Below, one piece after another: positions 62,312 through 64,000 of a stretch of 64,000 nt of DNA. Below the pieces are notes generated by a model that saw nothing but the letters and a program-made list of their open reading frames with translations, made no database searches and was not told the DNA's origin. Every line of letters starts with the position of its first letter. Within the stretch, counting starts at the first letter, position 1. The DNA lies in contig NEEC01000019.1 of assembly GCA_002189035.1 (NCBI GenBank), positions 1,240,001 through 1,304,000 on the forward strand. Reading direction: 5' to 3'. Source of the DNA: Utricularia gibba (taxonomy: Eukaryota > Plantae > Magnoliophyta). A program made the position numbers and the translations under genes.

Positions 62312-64000
62312 GGTTGATTCAGTAAAAAAACAAGGCCAAGGTTACTGAAACTGAACTGGGGCTAACACATCGCCGCCATATATGGAACTGCAAGGATGGG
62401 AAAACTGATTTTTAAGCTTGACCCAGAAGATAGGATTTGCCATTGACTAAGCCATTTGACATGACAGAAATGAAGCTACAGTGAAAAGGAGAAACATAAA
62501 GGAAAACCGGATCTCGCTTTGACTTGAAGAGGGTTTTACATACAAAAAGCAATTGACGGAGGAGGAGAAGAGCAGAGGAAGAAGCACGAGGAAGGGAACG
62601 ACCCCCGACACTGCTTTTAACACAACACCGAGAACAGAGCCCAGAGCCGAAATTTCACCACATTAATGCAGAGGAGACCCCAAAACCGGGAAAAAAAATC
62701 TGGTTCGGGAAAAATGCTAAAAACATCTAAATCTATTTCCATGAATGAGATACAAGATAAGAGGGAACGCAGAGGCGCATTGAAAACTGAATGAATGTGT
62801 GAAAGCCCAGAGAATTAGACAAAATAGATGCGCGGCGCCGCAGAACTGGGCATGTGCACATTACAATACAAATCAGTTTTAGGAGGCATCTCTGAATCTG
62901 AATCTTATATCCTTTTGCCCATTTTTTCTACGTACCTTCAAAATGGGATGATCATCTCCGAGAAGCGTGCATGGCTTCCCTCCGCTTGGCTCCACTTGAA
63001 TGAAGAGAGAGACAAAAACGGCAGATTCCTTTTGGAGATGGGCGAACGAGGAAGACGAGTGATGGGAAGAAGAATAAAGGCAGCGGCGAACTAACTGCAC
63101 GTGGTGGCGATGCTGACCAATCTGGAACTCGTGCCAATTTTTCATACTTCAACCCCAACAAAACCTTTTTATTTACAATTAGAGGGGTCAAACTGCAATT
63201 ATCCAAAATATGTAACCCTATATAATATAGTTTTTATTTCACGAATTTAAATATACTTAAAATTAAGAAAGTTTGTTTCATTTCATGAAAAATGGATTTA
63301 TTCAAATCTTCATCGATTCCTTTATTTAACTCCTCATTTTTACTTATTAATTATATTTTACATAAAAAGTTAATTTATATATTAACTTGTGTTTTATCTT
63401 ATGTTGAAATTTTCTACAATTTCATATAATGAGACTGTTCTGTAATTTAAATTTGTGATTCAAATTATTTAAAATACATTCAGTTTTGAAATTATGTGAA
63501 TATAATCAATTTTGATATTGTAAAGATGTTTTGTGGTAATATATATGATAAATTATTACAAAATTTAATGTTATTATATATATTTTAGAGAAGATAAAAA
63601 AATATAATATAATTTTCCTAATTAATATCTTTATTTAGTTATTAAAATAAAGATTAAATAAATTCAATAATTTTTAAAATTAATAATAAAATCTGAGTTT
63701 TTGATTTTATTACTCAAACATTAAATATTAGAATCTTTAAAAATTAAATATAGTGAATTGAGTATATTATGTAAACAAAACATGCTCAATATAGGACGTT
63801 GAGTATAGATAATTAGGGTTGTTAAAAAACACATTAGACTGTTTTAATATATATATATATATATTAAATATTAATAAATTCAAAGGGAGATCAAAATTAT
63901 TTTGTTTTCAATAACACGGAAAACAGGTAACAAAACTCAATTTTGGAGCAGCTGCTCCGAAACGGACATTTGATTTCCGTCAATTGAGAGCGGCGGGAGG

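Noticed and set aside
1-64000. tRNA, rRNA, snRNA, conserved miRNA hairpins, CRISPR arrays, transposase or LTR coding regions
   Set aside because: None recognised by eye. tRNAscan-SE, Infernal/Rfam and RepeatMasker would be needed to exclude them formally.

Overview
Gene-dense plant nuclear DNA, probably from a compact eudicot genome (many introns of about 70-100 nt, AT-rich intergenic DNA with MITE remnants). I can support about 23 protein-coding genes and one pseudogene. In order: clade-A PP2C (PP2CA-like), a decayed RBMX2/C3H42-like pseudogene, Yip1-domain protein, GDP-mannose pyrophosphorylase, FPGS, PP1/TOPP, class I sHSP, a conserved unknown protein, a head-to-head pair of small 'MEGLIP' proteins, TMA7, Pol III RPC31-like subunit, a calmodulin-N-lobe/transmembrane chimera, purple acid phosphatase, PPR, C53, ABHD17-like hydrolase, PYD1, bHLH, SIA2 (GT29), ARM-repeat protein, At3g16010-like PPR, clade III SWEET and a TPD1-like peptide. 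I recognised no rRNA, tRNA, CRISPR array, known miRNA or autonomous transposon. At least 9 single-base deletions, mostly in G/C runs, break 7 otherwise conserved genes and most likely reflect assembly error. The strongest novelty candidate is a 3-exon gene (26647-27856) that joins a calmodulin-derived EF-hand lobe to an unrecognised helical domain with a C-terminal membrane anchor. All family names and Arabidopsis locus IDs come from recall of protein sequences, not database searches.
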